Assembly: GCF_006345805.1 (NCBI RefSeq)
Contig: NC_042997.1
Span: forward strand, 38,254,001 to 38,318,000
Reading direction: 5' to 3'
DNA length: 64,000 nt
DNA from: Octopus sinensis
Lineage: Eukaryota
A program made the position numbers and the translations under genes. Below the pieces are notes generated by a model. That model had not been told where the DNA came from and ran no database searches. It was given only the letters and a program-made list of their open reading frames with translations. Positions 1-14,444 of this stretch are shown here, in pieces (within the stretch, counting starts at the first letter, position 1; each line of letters starts with the position of its first letter).

Positions 1-96
1 AAACAGGTTGCTGAGATCATTTCCTTCTGGTCTTTGAAAATGTGATCGCGTGTGTACCGTTGGCGATTTTTTTTCCTCTGTCTTCCCTTCTCCTAT

Positions 97-131
97 GTTT
101 CCGACGAAGAGCTCCGCTCGAAACGTTAAAC
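97..131 (+). ncRNA. Decayed minimal hammerhead (sister at 11275-11308)
   Basis: GTTT-CCGACGA-A-GAGC-TCC-GCTC-GAAAC-GTT-AAAC; the sister copy retains CTGACGA. Confidence 0.5.
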
Positions 132-1261
132 CCTCCTTCTTTCCTTCTTTCCTTCTTTCCTGAGCGTCCAATAATACTATATTTGTTCCACGTCCTCACG
201 TTGTTGTGTTTTTTGTACTTTCTTGTTTGGATTAACTTTAAATATATATATATATATATATATATACAGCTTCTGTCTACCAAAGCCACTCACAAGGCTT
301 TGGCCGGGCCGAGGCTACAGTAGAAGTCACTTGTCCAAGATGACACGAAGAACCATGTGGTTGGTAAGCAACCTTCTTACCACACAGCCACTCTTGCATA
401 TATATATATATGTATATGTATGTATATATATATATATATATATATATTTGTGTGTGTGTGTAAGTACGCGTATGTGTTTTTCCAATTTCGAGGATATTTT
501 ACATACCCTAATTTTCTCAGCTCATGGGAATAAACACACATACACACATATGTATAACAATAGATCTAGTTCTGTTTAGATCGATTTGGCTAAACACGAC
601 ATTTTCAGTAGTAATGGAAATAAGTATAGTTGCACTAAACTACTTAAAACACTGTGCAACTTCGATCAATTATGGCCAAATTTAAATTAGAAATGAAAAG
701 TCGTTGCTACTTCTCGAAATTACTCGTTTTATCAATAGTGTTCAAGTCAGATTAAGTAAGCATCATCACTTTCTACACAGGCATATAAATTTGATTTTAG
801 TATTTTAGTGAATTCGTATGTTGAAATAGATTTGATTTTAGCTCGATGGTGTGATATAAAGCCAAAATATAAACACACGCACTAGGTCAATTTTACTTCT
901 TTATTACTTGTCAATTGTTCAGCAATCTAACGAACATATCTGTTCTTTGGATAATCGTTCGGTTAATTAATCAGTCAATAATGTTTGGCAAAATCATTTC
1001 GTCATCATGGACCTTAGTTGTTTGATTCAATCCCAGGTTATTGCTGGTACTTTTTTTACCGACCAGTGAGAAGTGAATGGATATAGATATAATTATATCT
1101 GTGACTAAACTCAGTACTACTTTCAGTCACATATCACAGAAGCAAGTGAGCGGATCTGTTAATAGTTGATCAGCGACAGCTCAAGTTTGCCGCATATTTT
1201 ATTATACCATGTTACAAAATTGGTGACTTCTCCATAGACACGGCAATTAATTACCTATTTC

Positions 1262-1479
1262 TTTACTACCCACAAGGGGCTAAACACAGAGGGGGCAAAC
1301 AAGGATAGATACACGGATTAAGTCGATTACATCGATCCCAGTGCGTAACTGGTACTTAATTTATCGACCCCGAAAGGATGAAAGGCAAAGTCGACCTCGG
1401 CGGAATTTGAACTCAAAACGTAGCGGCAGACGAAATACCGCTAAGCAATTCGCTCGACGTGCTAACGTTTCTGCCAGCT
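1262..1479 (-). mobile_element. tRNA-derived SINE family S2 (Meta-domain-like core)
   Basis: Core GAGTTCAAATTCCGCCGAGGTCGACTTTGCCTTTCATCCTTTCGGGGTCGATAAATTAAGTACCAG, repeated across the window. Confidence 0.8.
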
Positions 1480-3547
1480 CACATAATTACCATTATGTCA
1501 GTTCACCTAACTATCAACAGGTTATATGTAGTGATTGCCTTGATATATATATATCAACAGAAGAACAATGAATGTCAAAACGTGGACTCAAAATATTTAT
1601 ATAAATCAAGTTTAAATAAAGATAAAAAATATTTATTCTGGCTGACTAGAAGCTGCAATATTGAAAAAGAAACAAACAGCATAAAATAAATGTAAAAACA
1701 ATAAAAATAAAATGCAATATTCTACGTGAATATTGATGTTTTTGTACTGAACAAAGTGTTTAGAAATGCAAGTCCATTTTCTTTTTAAACTTATCTAACT
1801 TTAATTACCTAGTAAGTCGTCTTTTGGGCCAGGTCAGCATTAATATGGCGATAATATGATGAAACACACTAGTCAAAATCCCCTATCTTTTTCCTATATA
1901 TAATACGCCCAGAAGTTTATTATTCAATGTTTAGTTCTTTTTTAAACAGTAATGTTGTATTTGAGGAAGGTTTCACTGCACCTTTTAGCAATTAAAACAC
2001 ATTTACAGAATCTGTCTCATTGTATTATTGTATCTAGCATTCTTGGAAAAGAATGAACATTATATTTTTGTAAACACTACTTACTACAAAATATACAAGT
2101 CCACATTCCTTCCAGCTACATAAAAAATAAACATTTTCTTTTTTGTTCATTTAAGTGAGAACAAAGGTAAAATAGAGAAAGTTTTGCTCTTGATGCTTTT
2201 ACCGAGGAAATTAATACGATAGTAAAGTGAAATGGCTTCAACTAGAATCGAAGCAGTACAGATTCAACTCTACAAAAGATTATCATTTTCTCTACGGCGT
2301 TGTTAAAGTAATTTCTCTGAATAAATTGCTATGTGAATATTCAAAATAATTTACAGTTATGACGACTAAAGCTTCGTTTGGAAAAAACAGTTCATTTCCA
2401 GGTCCATTTATAGTATGTGCGCATAATATTTTCTTGTTTGTTGTTTTCAAGAAACATCTTAGAATGAATTCTGTTGAGTTCATTTAATTTTTGTGGTATT
2501 TACCGTATATAACCATAAGAAAAAACTATGTTATTATGTAAAGTTGTTACTTTTATTATTTTCTAGCGTGTTATTGCTTTGATTCTGGCGTTTTTAAGTG
2601 CGAAGACAACGTCAATATTTGTGTAGGTGACTTTTTTTTTTGTATTTCTATATTTGCATGTGTATACATGCATAAAATTCCACGCCATATATACATTTAT
2701 ATATAAATTCACATATAAACGTACGTTTTATGTAATACTGTAGGAACCTGTGTGTGTGTGTGTGTGTGTCTGTTTGTCCTTGCCTATTATATTTACTGGA
2801 TAACAGAGTATCGCACTTTCGAGCTAAATTTGGTTTTGTTTTAACGTTGCTTTGTTTTTGCTTTGTCTTTTTTACAGCTTAAACGAAATATGTCTTCACT
2901 TAATATTTGTTGTTATTCATGTTTCTCTTGCATTCATAAATTTCTTTCTCATTCATTTTCCAATGCGCCTTTTGCGTTGTTGCTTTCTTTTGTGTTTTTT
3001 TTTTCCAAAAGGAAGCACTTAGGTCAAATCAAGACAACAAGAATCGCTTACCATAAAGAAAAGTAACCTTTCTCTGCTATTTCACTGACTATATCAAGGA
3101 ATTTTTCCGGTCTTACAAGGAAAACACATTACGATCATAAAAATATTTCTACGTTGTGTATATGTGATACATGATTTCATGAACGATGTGAGATGGTGTA
3201 ATAGATGGAATGGGAGAGAAGAATGAAGAGATTTTTTTTTTTAATTCGTTGTGCTATGGTATATTATGTTGAAGACTCTGACAAACATTTCTATTACGAC
3301 TCACTGGAATGGTAATGCAGAAAACAGAATCTGATAAGCTATTTCACGCTAAAAAAAAAAAAAATATATATATATATACGTGTGTGTTGTGTGTGAAGGC
3401 GTACGTAAAGAGGTATAAACAATAATCTACACAACGTTTCTATATCGAATTGAATACATTTTGCGATGTAAGAAATAAAGCTTTTTATACATATACATTT
3501 TATCTAAATATAAGTAAATATACACATGCACACACTGATCTGAATAC

Positions 3548-3790
3548 ATATATATATATATATGTATGCATATGTGTATGTATGCATGCATGTATGTTTG
3601 TATGTATGTATGTATGCATGTATGTATGCATGCATGTATGTATGCATGTATGTATGCATGCATATATGTATGCATGTATGTATGTATGTATGTATGTATG
3701 TTGTATGTATGTATGCATGTATGTTTGTATGCATGCATGTATGTATGTATGTATGTATGTATGTATGTATGTATGTATGTATGTATGTGT
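3548..3790. repeat. (TATG/CATG)n compound microsatellite
   Basis: Seen directly. Similar tracts at 19245-19327, 19812-20010, 44005-44101 and 45583-45680. Confidence 0.95.
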
Positions 3791-4354
3791 GAGCGCGTAG
3801 GCAACGATAAAACCGTACAGTTAGGCTGTTGACCTTGTAGAGCATTCCCGAAGACGAAATTTTCTTGAAACATAACAGACATCGTTCTGCTGTAAGATCT
3901 TCTGGAGTTCAAGGACATCGATAATTTACCATTGCACGTGGTACCTATTTCCTGGAGCTCCTGCCAACGCGAGCGAGCGATTGCGAATGAAAAGAGTCGC
4001 AGCAAAATCTGTGCTCACAGAAGATCAAAAGCGGTCGTGACTGAATGCGTGTCGTGAACTGAAACAACAGTTGGATGTTAATCTGGACCTTTTTTCCGAA
4101 GGTCATCACTGTGACGATAGATGGTGCTACGGAATTCGCAGATGTGAAAGAGATGAAGAAAAAATGACGATGGCGTTAAAAGTGATCACTTTGCAAGAGT
4201 TCCAGCACTTCTTCGGATTGTGGAAAATGCACCTGGATCGATATATTGCTTCAAATGTAGGCTACTTTGAAGGCGATAAAAGTGTAAATATGTGAAAATA
4301 AGTGAATAAAATAATATTGCAAAATCCCGGTTTCTGTGGGGTACCTCTTCGTAT
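3790..4354 (+). mobile_element. Decayed, internally deleted mariner
   Basis: VIT.DDRWCYG and FQHFFGLWKMHLDRYIASNVGYFEGD (mariner C-terminus); TIR-like end GGGTACCTCTTCG followed by TA. Confidence 0.65.
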
Positions 4355-6230
4355 ATCTATATAAATACCTGAGATTTGTTCAATTGTGTCAACATTTACG
4401 CATTTCATCAATGTTTAAAATAAGGAAATTAAAGCCAACCATTATTAAATAGAAATATCGGAAGATTAGGACCATTTCAAAGTTGTAAACATGATAACGG
4501 CAAAAAATTAACTAACTTTCAAATTAAATGCTTGCAAAATTTAAAACTGGGAAGGTGAGAATATCAAGGTGTGTCAAAGTTCTACGAGGTAGAAGACATT
4601 GAGACACCGCAATATGTCCCGACATGAACAATATTATTAGTACATTGATATGTAAATATACATAGACATGCATAAAAACATTTATACATACACACGTACA
4701 GATACGCATATGCATACACATTGTTTTAATACATGCACCCTCGCATATGCGCACACTCACAAGCATACACGCACACACTCGCACACGTACATGCAGTTGT
4801 ATATACATGTGTGTGTATGTGTGTATTTATAGTGACAAGTCTGGGTTATTTTACCTTGTTCTAAAGAAAACTTCAAAAGGTACAGCCTGACAAACATTCT
4901 ATACAACCAGTTGGAAACCAAATATATTTCGAATAAAACGATGATTTGAAGTATGATAGCTGCGTTCCAACAGAGAAATCAAGGAACAAATGCATCAAGA
5001 GATTAAATCAATTTATTGACCTCAAGTCTAAGTCTACGGACTTGTGTACTTGTATATCAGTCGTAACGTCTTTATAGTCTCTATCCTATCTCCTGCAATT
5101 ACCTCTTTCAATTAGACACGAGAACAAACTTCTTTTAATTAATGCAAGTACACGTTAACTATGCGGTACTCATAAAATTATTTATGTATAATTAAACGGT
5201 TAATAATTCTCATGGAAGCAAGTATAGCTTGCTACATCATAAAAGACCCAAAACAGCATTTTCAGCCTAGAAAAGAAATCAGTAATTTCACTGATCATAT
5301 ATGCGAATGTGAATTTGAGAACATCTTTAAAATAGCTAAAGAATTTCTGACGAGGCATGAAAATGAAACTGGTACTGGATTCCCTCTGTGGAACATCGAT
5401 AATCCTACACAACACATCACTATCATATAAGTTAAGTTAGTTCATTCAAAAATATTGCAGATGGGCGCTTAAAATGAAGACAACAAGCCATATAGAAAAT
5501 CATATCACACTAAAACCATTATGTGAAGTACCGATAAATGTATGACATTACATCTTGAAAGGACAAGATGAACAATTGCCAGCTCCAAATATTCCTGACA
5601 AGTATTTTTGCGCATAAAAAAAATCATCTCTCAATGCAAGCTATATAAATATAAATCTGAAAAAATCAGCCACATCATTGTGCACTACCAGGGAATGACT
5701 TCTATGTACGATATTTCCGAGTGGTGTATTATGCTCACCAGAAAACAAATTTATCGGGAAAGAATAAATAGACGGAATGCGAGCTTCCCTAGCGTGCGGA
5801 ACTGAGTCTATAAGAGAGTTTTTTTTGCAACAACCACATGATTCTTTGAATTCACATTTTATTCTACTCATGTAATAAAATACAAATATTTTGAAACTGG
5901 TAAGTAGACGGAATTTAGAACAATTATATTCAAAGCAACAACCTATTTAAAGCAGTGTCGAATACATATTACTTGATATAGCAAAATATTAGTGTACTAT
6001 GTCTCGAAAGTCCGCGGTTTATTTGATGTTAATATGGTAAACAAAATGCAAGAAAAAATAGATATATCAGTGGTCCATTGGTCGGGAGATTTCAACGTTC
6101 AACTTTATATCTTTTCTTTATAATTGAAGCAACAATATGAGAAACCCACTCATAAACATATGAACAGATAGCTGAAATTCTTCAAGGATATATGCAGGTC
6201 TGTATGTATGTATATATATATATATATATA

Positions 6231-6331
<101 letters not shown>

Positions 6332-6444
6332 TCAGATGAATATGGTACTTAAGTTGAGGCACCAGAATTTAGTACGGTATTATCCATACAATTTCAAAAT
6401 AAGGTGATTAAAATCAAATAAGCAGAAAGGATATACAGTGGAAA

Positions 6445-6536
6445 TGCAGTACGTTCGTTTCATGCAACTCCATTTAATTGAACAATGCAATCATTTCATT
6501 ACATCAATTTAAAATGTAGATCAATCTTCAGCTGCA
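6445..6536 (-). ncRNA. Decayed type I hammerhead (relative of the 28.3-kb element)
   Basis: TGCAG-CTGAAGA..GAAAC-GAAC-GTA-CTGCA; stem II is disrupted. Confidence 0.5.
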
Positions 6537-6699
6537 CAAAGGCATAGACTTTTATTAAATTAGAACAGAAGGACACATTATTATAATTTTACCTAGAATC
6601 ACCAAGAAGTTAAGGAGATAGACAAAGAACATGTTGTACCAACATACTAATATTAATGTGTACCAAGCATACTAATATTAATATGAAATAAATAAATGT

Positions 6700-7560
6700 T
6701 ATACTTACGGACCTATTATTAAATTCAAAAATAAATTATGGGTCAGAAAAGACACTCACAACTGTTTCGATATTACAATGGGCGCGTCAGACTCAGCCCA
6801 AGTAACTGACCTTGTGGGAATTTACCTTTTATCAAATATACATGAAGAATCCCCAGAAATTTGGTGGATTGTATAGGGGTGACGCTCTTTTTATAGTAAA
6901 AAGTATTATATAAGTTCTTTAAAATATTTGGCCTTTCCATTACTATTGAGAGAAAAAAACAACTCTATAAAGTTTCTGGATGCCAATTGTAATGTATCAA
7001 CTGATCTATATGTACCTTATTAAAAACCTAACTCTAACTTCAAATACATACCTTTCCAAATTAACCACCCAAAATCAATAAAAATGCACTTATTCATAAT
7101 ATTTTAATATTAAATTGGATATAATAGATTCAGCACCTTCTTATGTAGCTAATAATAAAGGGGCTTTCTTTGTTTAAATTAGAAAGTTTTCATTCTCTCG
7201 ATGAGAGAATATTAACTAATTTTTATGAATATATTTACCCCAATATTAATATGATACATAAATACACAGTTAATTATTATATGTTATTTATCTCTATACT
7301 TTTTAATGATTACCCAGAGTATAGTATATATTATATTACATATTGTTTGCTAAATGTACACCCTTTCCTCCTTTATAAGGTCTATAATGAATTTATCAAT
7401 AAAACAAGGCTCAATTACCTGAAATGTTCCGTAAACTTAACATATAAAAATGTAATGGTATATCATTTTTCGATCTCCGACCAGATTCTACTTTATACTG
7501 ATTGAATTATTTCCTTTAAAATCTTTAAAGTCTGAATCGAAACACTTGTTATATCTATTT
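6700..7560 (+). mobile_element. Decayed Penelope-like RT remnant (YRDD type) with a decayed 3' hammerhead-like motif
   Basis: Manual translation gives LWVRKD..CFDITMGASDSAQVTDLVGIYLL, then after a frameshift FGGLYRGDAL, KFLDA and PY*KPNS..YI..NHP. CTGATTGA...GAAACACTTGTT at about 7498-7550. Confidence 0.65.
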
Positions 7561-8206
7561 TTGTAATTAATAAATATAATTGTTAATTGATTTATCTCTA
7601 TTTTCTTATTTTCTTATATATATATATGTGTGTGTGTGTGTGAGTATAAAATTGAAACATAGACAACTGAAGAAGGGAAATATTCTTTATGTTGTATGTC
7701 TCCTTTCTCTGGGTTTTTTTCGTTGTTCGAAAAAAAGTTCGTTTCTATGATTTTGTTTTTATGTTTTCGTTTTTCATTGTGTTCAACGTTTTTCGTTGAT
7801 GTCCCGTACCCATATATGCATGTATATATACATATATATTATGTAGGTATGTACATATATGTATGTATATATGCATATATTTATATATTATTTACACATA
7901 TACATATACATATATACATATACATAAGGAATCCACTTTGCGTGAAATTCAACACATTAGAAAGAACAGCTAGGTTCTGTAAACCACAAAAATAGCGGAT
8001 AAAATTCGACAGGAATAAATTTGAAAATGTTACATTTCCAAATTTTAATGTGTTTAATGTGTTGAATCTCACGCAAAGTGGATTCATTATGTGGATAAAT
8101 ATGCACTATATCGTATGACTAATATATAGTCTTCTTGACTAATTTTTTTTGCACGTTAGACCACTGGAAATGTAAATTTTGATTGAATATTTCCCTTTGA
8201 TATGAT

Positions 8207-8277
<71 letters not shown>

Positions 8278-8509
8278 ATTATACATACACATATTAGAAG
8301 TATTGCATTTCTAGAGAGAGTTATGCAGTAACATCACGATAAAGTCAAGATTTATTGCCAACATAATGTGGCAGTCACAGGAAATGGAAGAAGGCTACTT
8401 CTATTTAACTCCAAGAAACATCGTTTCTAGTTGGCTACGTGTCACAAGCGTTTGGCGTCCCTAAGTTTTCAAACAGGAGATAATCACCTCCACCTAACAA
8501 AGCCAGCCC

Positions 8510-8550
8510 TCAGAGACTAGTTTCAGGGTAGTTGCCGTTCATCAGTCTGA
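8510..8550 (-). ncRNA. Minimal type I hammerhead ribozyme (decayed sister on plus at 9013-9051)
   Basis: TCAGA-CTGATGA-ACGGCAACTACCCT-GAAAC-TA-GTC-TCTGA; stem II is weak. Confidence 0.6.
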
Positions 8551-10199
8551 AGTAGCTTTCCTCTACTAGCTGTCGGTGCTAAATCGCTGTTGAAAACTTA
8601 TAGAATTTCAAGTGAAATAAATCCACTGATCTATAAAATTAGAAATATTGCATTTTTAATTCTTTCAGAGAGAGTTATGCAGTAGCAGCACGATAAAATC
8701 TCTGGATACTGGCTTTGTTGGGTGGAGGTGCTTATCTCCCCTGTTTGAAAACTTAAGGAAACAGAACACGTGTATCACGTAGCCAGCAAAACACAGTGTT
8801 TCTTGGAGCTAAATAGCAGTAGCATTCTTCCCTTTACTGGGACTGCCACATTAAGTTGGCAATAGACAATCACTTTATCGTGCATAACTCTCTCTGAGAG
8901 ATTTAGAAATGCAATATTTCTAATTTTGTAGATCAGTGAATTTATTTCATTTGAAATTCTATAAGTTTTCAACAGCGATTTAGCACCAACAGCTAGTAGA
9001 GGCAAGCTACTCCAGACTGGTGAACGGCAACTACCCTGAAATTAGTCTGTGAATCCTGGCTGTGTTGGATCAAGGTACTTATCTCCACTATTTGAAAGCT
9101 TAAGGACACAGAACGCGTGTGTCAGGTAGTCAACTAGAAACGGTGTTTCTTGGAGCTAAATTGCATTAACATTCACTTTGCTGGGACTGCAACATTAAGT
9201 TGGCAACAAACCATCACTTTATATATATATATAGAGAGAGAGGGAGAGAAATAGAGAGATATATAATACAAAGGTATGCATGTAGATAAGATATATAGAT
9301 AGATAGACAAATAGATAGATAGATATTTACATGCATATATTTACATACATACAAGCATTTATGATCATACCATAGTTATACATACGTGTAAACGTGTGTG
9401 AGGTTGGTTTCAAACACGTAAGAATGCACATATATACAGTACGTAATGGTGTTTGTGTGTGTGTGTGCGTCTATGTGTGTGTGTGTGTGTGTGTGCGTGT
9501 GTGTGTGTGTGTTTGTATGTGCAGTATACGTGATATATTGAAAGATATTACCTACTTGAAAACTATTTTTCTTTTAATTTGAAAGTATATTCGATTTAAT
9601 TCTGTATGTTATTGGCTGTCACAACAAACATATTATCTGTCTCCATTCTTCATCGAATGCATATACTGCACGATACAGATTTATGACTTTGATCAACGCT
9701 CCATTGCCCAAAACTGAGTATTGTGCAGCTGAGAGCAGTCATGCGATTAATGTATATGCTTCTCACTGCACAAAATGATCGAACACAGCATGAACTAAAA
9801 CGAAAGTGTCCACACAGTGTTAACAGAGCGTTACTATTGCATAACAATATGATGGCATATTTCATTGGTGTATTGAACAATGGTGCCTGAATGTCGAAAA
9901 TATCAGTTTCAAATACAACCGCTGCATGATGTACAAAAATTCACTATTTGACAGCTGAAAATTATACACGTGTCCTCAATATCATATTTCTGCTCCTGAC
10001 GATTGAATCTTCTTAAAGTTATATGGGAAACCCATGGATTAATACACATACATGAAACATAGAATACCCTAGACGTTTCGGACAACCATATTTTTTTCTA
10101 CTAAGAAACTAGAAGACATATCAAATATATTAGACTGGAAATGAGGAATACAGGGTTACATGTATTTGAATAATACACACAAGCACATATAATATATAG

Positions 10200-10463
10200 A
10201 TAAAAATATCGTGTACATTAAAACACATTGAGAGGCTTCCAAATAGGAAAGCTTTGTGCTAGAAAGAGCAGTAGAAACCTCAAACCACTAATTAGGGATA
10301 AATTCTCGAAAGGAATTAAATTAGATGGTAAACGTTTTTAATTTTCATTCCTTTCGAGAATTTATCCCTAATTAGTGGTTTGAGTTGTCTACTGCTCTTT
10401 CTAGCACAACGCTTTCCTATTTGGAAGCCTCTTAATGTGTTTTAATGTACACGATATTTTTAT
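10200..10463. repeat. Fold-back inverted repeat, about 120-bp arms
   Basis: 10200-10323 is the near-perfect reverse complement of 10338-10463. Confidence 0.9.
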
Positions 10464-10654
10464 GTGAATAATATATAGTCTATTGACTAATCTTTTTTGT
10501 GCTAAGCCACTGGTAATAATAATTTCCATAATTCTTATTACCCTAATATTATTTATAATATATAGATAGATATGTATGTACATATATGTGTGTGTACATA
10601 CACAAATATCTACATACATACTTACATACATAATTGCATATATATATGTGTATA

Positions 10655-10731
<77 letters not shown>

Positions 10732-10967
10732 TATATATATATGCGTGGCTAGTAAACGATGAGATGAGTACATAACACCGTATTTGGTGATTAAATGTTT
10801 TCTTTATTTGCGAAAATTACCATACAACAACTGGTCTCATGCAAGACATCAGAATTCTCAAACGTTACACTTAAAAATGCTGGTAATCAGTTTCCATTGT
10901 ATATAATGCTATGTATGATTACACAAGACTTTAAAGGATTTGAAAATTATTTGGGGGTAAGGTATCT

Positions 10968-11005
<38 letters not shown>

Positions 11006-12410
11006 ATATATAGGGGCCCCCTTAATCGTTATTTCATGCGTACAGCTTAGTGGAAATAGTAAAGCACAACGCGTGAAACGTGAAATGTCAATTAGTAGAT
11101 TAACAGTAACCACATGTGTGCGTTTTTTCGTTGCTTCGTTATTTGTTACTTTTAATGTTCGATTTGAGTATATATTTGGCTCGCGCACGTTGTGTGTGCA
11201 GCTGGTAAATATACTCAAAAACATATCATGATTTTCCTGGATATTTTCCTTTCAGGGACCTTTCCTTTCTCCCCTTTCTGACGAAGAACTATGCTCGGAA
11301 CGTTAAAAATCTACACTTCTTTCCATCTTTACTAAGCATAAAGAAAATACATTCCATGTGTACGTATTTCCGTTGTTTTGTTATTTGTCATTTTTAATGT
11401 TCGATTTGACTATATACACAGGGTGTGCGCACATATGTGTGGAGCTGATAAATATGCGCAACAACATATCGTGTCAAAATCATCTGCGTTTTAAGAACTC
11501 CCACCCTCGATTCATGGGACGTTCAGAGACATCTAAATTGTTTTTATAGCTTTGTTCAATGTACGACTATGTGTGTGCTTGTCTCAGCGTGAGTCAGTGT
11601 GCGTATCAGCTTGTGTGAAAATGTTTACGGATGTGTGAGTGAGTGAGAGCGGGAGTGGGTGTGTGAGTGAATGCGTATGTATTAATATGTAACTGTTTGC
11701 GTGATTCTCATTCTCGCATGTCTAGATGTGAACCAATCACATACAATAAAAATACTATCTTGTCAAAGTAATAGATTCTTAGATAGATTCACGTTTTTAA
11801 CGAACATAGTGCATTTCATACAGTTATATTTAGCTGAGCAACAATGTGTATACTTATATCTTACGGAGAGGGTGCAGAAAGAGAAAACACAGATAAAGAA
11901 AGAGCGTGGTAGAAGTTGGCTGTGTGTGTATATGTATGAGATTGTATAGATATGTGTATGGATTTGTATATGTATGTGTTCGATTGCTTTTGTATATAAT
12001 ATACATATGTCAGATTAAACAATATTATGTAGAGTGGACAAAGGACCTGATGTCTGAGATTGTTTTTATTGTTCTTCAGCTTATTTGTTTGCTTCAGAAT
12101 TTCGCGTGAAATTGTATAAACAAGGACAAACACGATACAAATATTTCTATTAACAATAAGCATTATGTTATTTGCTTGTTTTTCATTTGTTTGTATTTTT
12201 AATTCATTTTGGTAATTTGAATCACGAACAAAAATGCTTTTATACAATTTAGTCCATTCTACTAGAATCCTTTTGTTGCCTTTATTTCAAGTGCAAACAT
12301 AGTTAATGTGTTTGGAAAACTTTAGAAAAATTTTAACCAGGAAATCTAAAGTATATTACTTATATACATGTGCGTGTGTGTTTACGTATACATGGATATA
12401 TATGTATGTA

Positions 12411-12486
<76 letters not shown>

Positions 12487-14402
12487 ATATGATGTACGTA
12501 GATATCCAAAACTGATATGGCCGACAAGATAGCAAAATTAACAATTATTTGTTCATATGGTTCGTGTTCAAGTCTGCTGAAGCCCTTTGCTTGTCTTTCT
12601 GAAGACTACTACTTATCTCTAACCATTGCATAATAGGAACGAGATCTCCTTTAACATTCTTAAGTAAAACTATTAAGTTTCTTGATTTACACTTGGCGAC
12701 TTTTAACGAGACGGATATGGTTACGATGACAATAAAAAAAACGATTAAAGAAACAAATACAAAAATGACAGTGTCATTAGAAACTTCATTTGCAGGATTG
12801 AAGCAGTCACAAATTCTATATTGGAATATAAAAACAGTATTGAGTTGGATTTCATTCACTTTTACTCTACATGTATATTTCTTTGTATTCTACCACAAAT
12901 TAAAAAGTAGCAACAGTGTAACGCCAAGTGCACAAAAATATTACTCGTTTCGTATCTCTCATTTGTATATCAGTGCAAATGGCGTACATTTTTCTTTTGA
13001 TCCTTCCAAATTTGATAACATAAGTATTAGTTATGTTCTGTTGTTTAATCGTCTATATCTCTCTTCAAAAAGTTGTGTTCAAGCGCTAATTTATATCATT
13101 ATTTAAAAAAAAAACACGGAAACCATATGCAACCATACTTTTCAAACGTTACCATGTCATGAATATTGTTGTTCTTGTTTCGCATTGCTCAAGAGAAACA
13201 AAATACATCTATTGATATCTAAATATAATTATATAAAAGTGTTGAATAAAATCTTTGCACCAAATAGAAAACAAAAATCAATCATTTGTACCAAAGCTGA
13301 AATTAAAAAGTAATTAGGTAAAGTTAATGAACTTTCGCCATTATTAATCGTATTAACAAGACTGAAGCACTTAGGTAGCAGATTTTGTCAATTCGTGTAT
13401 TTGAGAGACTTTGATTCAAAACGAAAGCTTTCCCAAAGTAGATTCTTTTATTTCATTTTATTTTTCGAAAGCATTCATCTGAATGTTTACTTTCCATTAA
13501 GTACGTTTAAAAATAGAATTTATATACTGTTATAGTTTGTACTGTTATAGTTTTGTATCTGAGAAATATTTATTCACAGACTCTAATTACCTCTCAAAGG
13601 ATCATTGAATTACCTGTAAATACCATGCAATATGTCATATGATAGTGTAAAAATTGTTGCACTATACAATATGTAAACAAAGATTGTTGTGTGCATACAA
13701 TATCTACGGATTATTGTAAATAAAGAAGAACTAATACTGTGTACGTATCGTACAGGAACCTAAAATTTGCAGGGTCCCTGAGAATTCCTTCTAAATATGA
13801 TCCCTTCTGAAATAGGTATTAAACGAAAACATTGACTCAATAACTCTGTAAACTTATAACTTTCAAGTCATAAAGAACATAATAATTTGTGATTAAGCGA
13901 CACCAACATATTCCAGGTATATATTTTATACTACCATTTCAGATGTACCATACCGTTCGCACTCATAGACTTAAGCGGAAAAGATACATCAGTACAAGTT
14001 AACATTTTACATGTAGAGACTGTGTATGTGTGTGCATATATATATGTGTGTGTGTGTGTGTGTGTCATTCACCCACTGTCGTGAAAAATAAGTTTCTTTA
14101 ATTCAACATTTACTTCTCGATAATTTTTATTTCCTTAGACAAATTCAGTTCTTAAAAAGTCACAGGAATCTGCTCAATTTTGAGATATGATAGAAAATAT
14201 TTTGAATAAATATGTTCAGAATACAAAAAGACTACATACATGCAACTTCTGAACAGTATAGTGTCCTTTATTTACATTATTTACAATTGACGGATATTTG
14301 TCACAACGTTTCGGCTGATATACTCTCCAGCCTTCATCAGGTGTCTTAGGGAAATTCAAACCTGGGTTCTCATTCCTGAGGTATTTTTCGATGTTGTTGT
14401 TG

Positions 14403-14444
<42 letters not shown>

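Noticed and set aside
3427-3845. Many 70-190 aa ORFs rich in YI/CM/HT/LSIY (also near 10.5, 19, 20, 25.8, 48.2 and 50-51 kb)
   Set aside because: Translations of microsatellites.
5200-5870. Possible decayed Penelope-like C-terminal/GIY-YIG region (similarly 54700-55400)
   Set aside because: Only vague motif echoes; not supportable by eye.
7660-7710. GACAACTGAAGAAGGG (and GACAACTGGTGAAGGG at about 23058-23073 on minus) as hammerheads
   Set aside because: The core 5' half is present, but I could not build stem II and a downstream GAAA-stem III in the correct order.
12545-13106. Overlapping 104-aa and 137-aa ORFs
   Set aside because: No recognisable motif or convincing exon boundaries.
13645-13723. 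CKNCC..DCC..YCK short Cys-rich frame
   Set aside because: Bounded by stops with no splice signals; plausible by chance in TG/AT-rich DNA.
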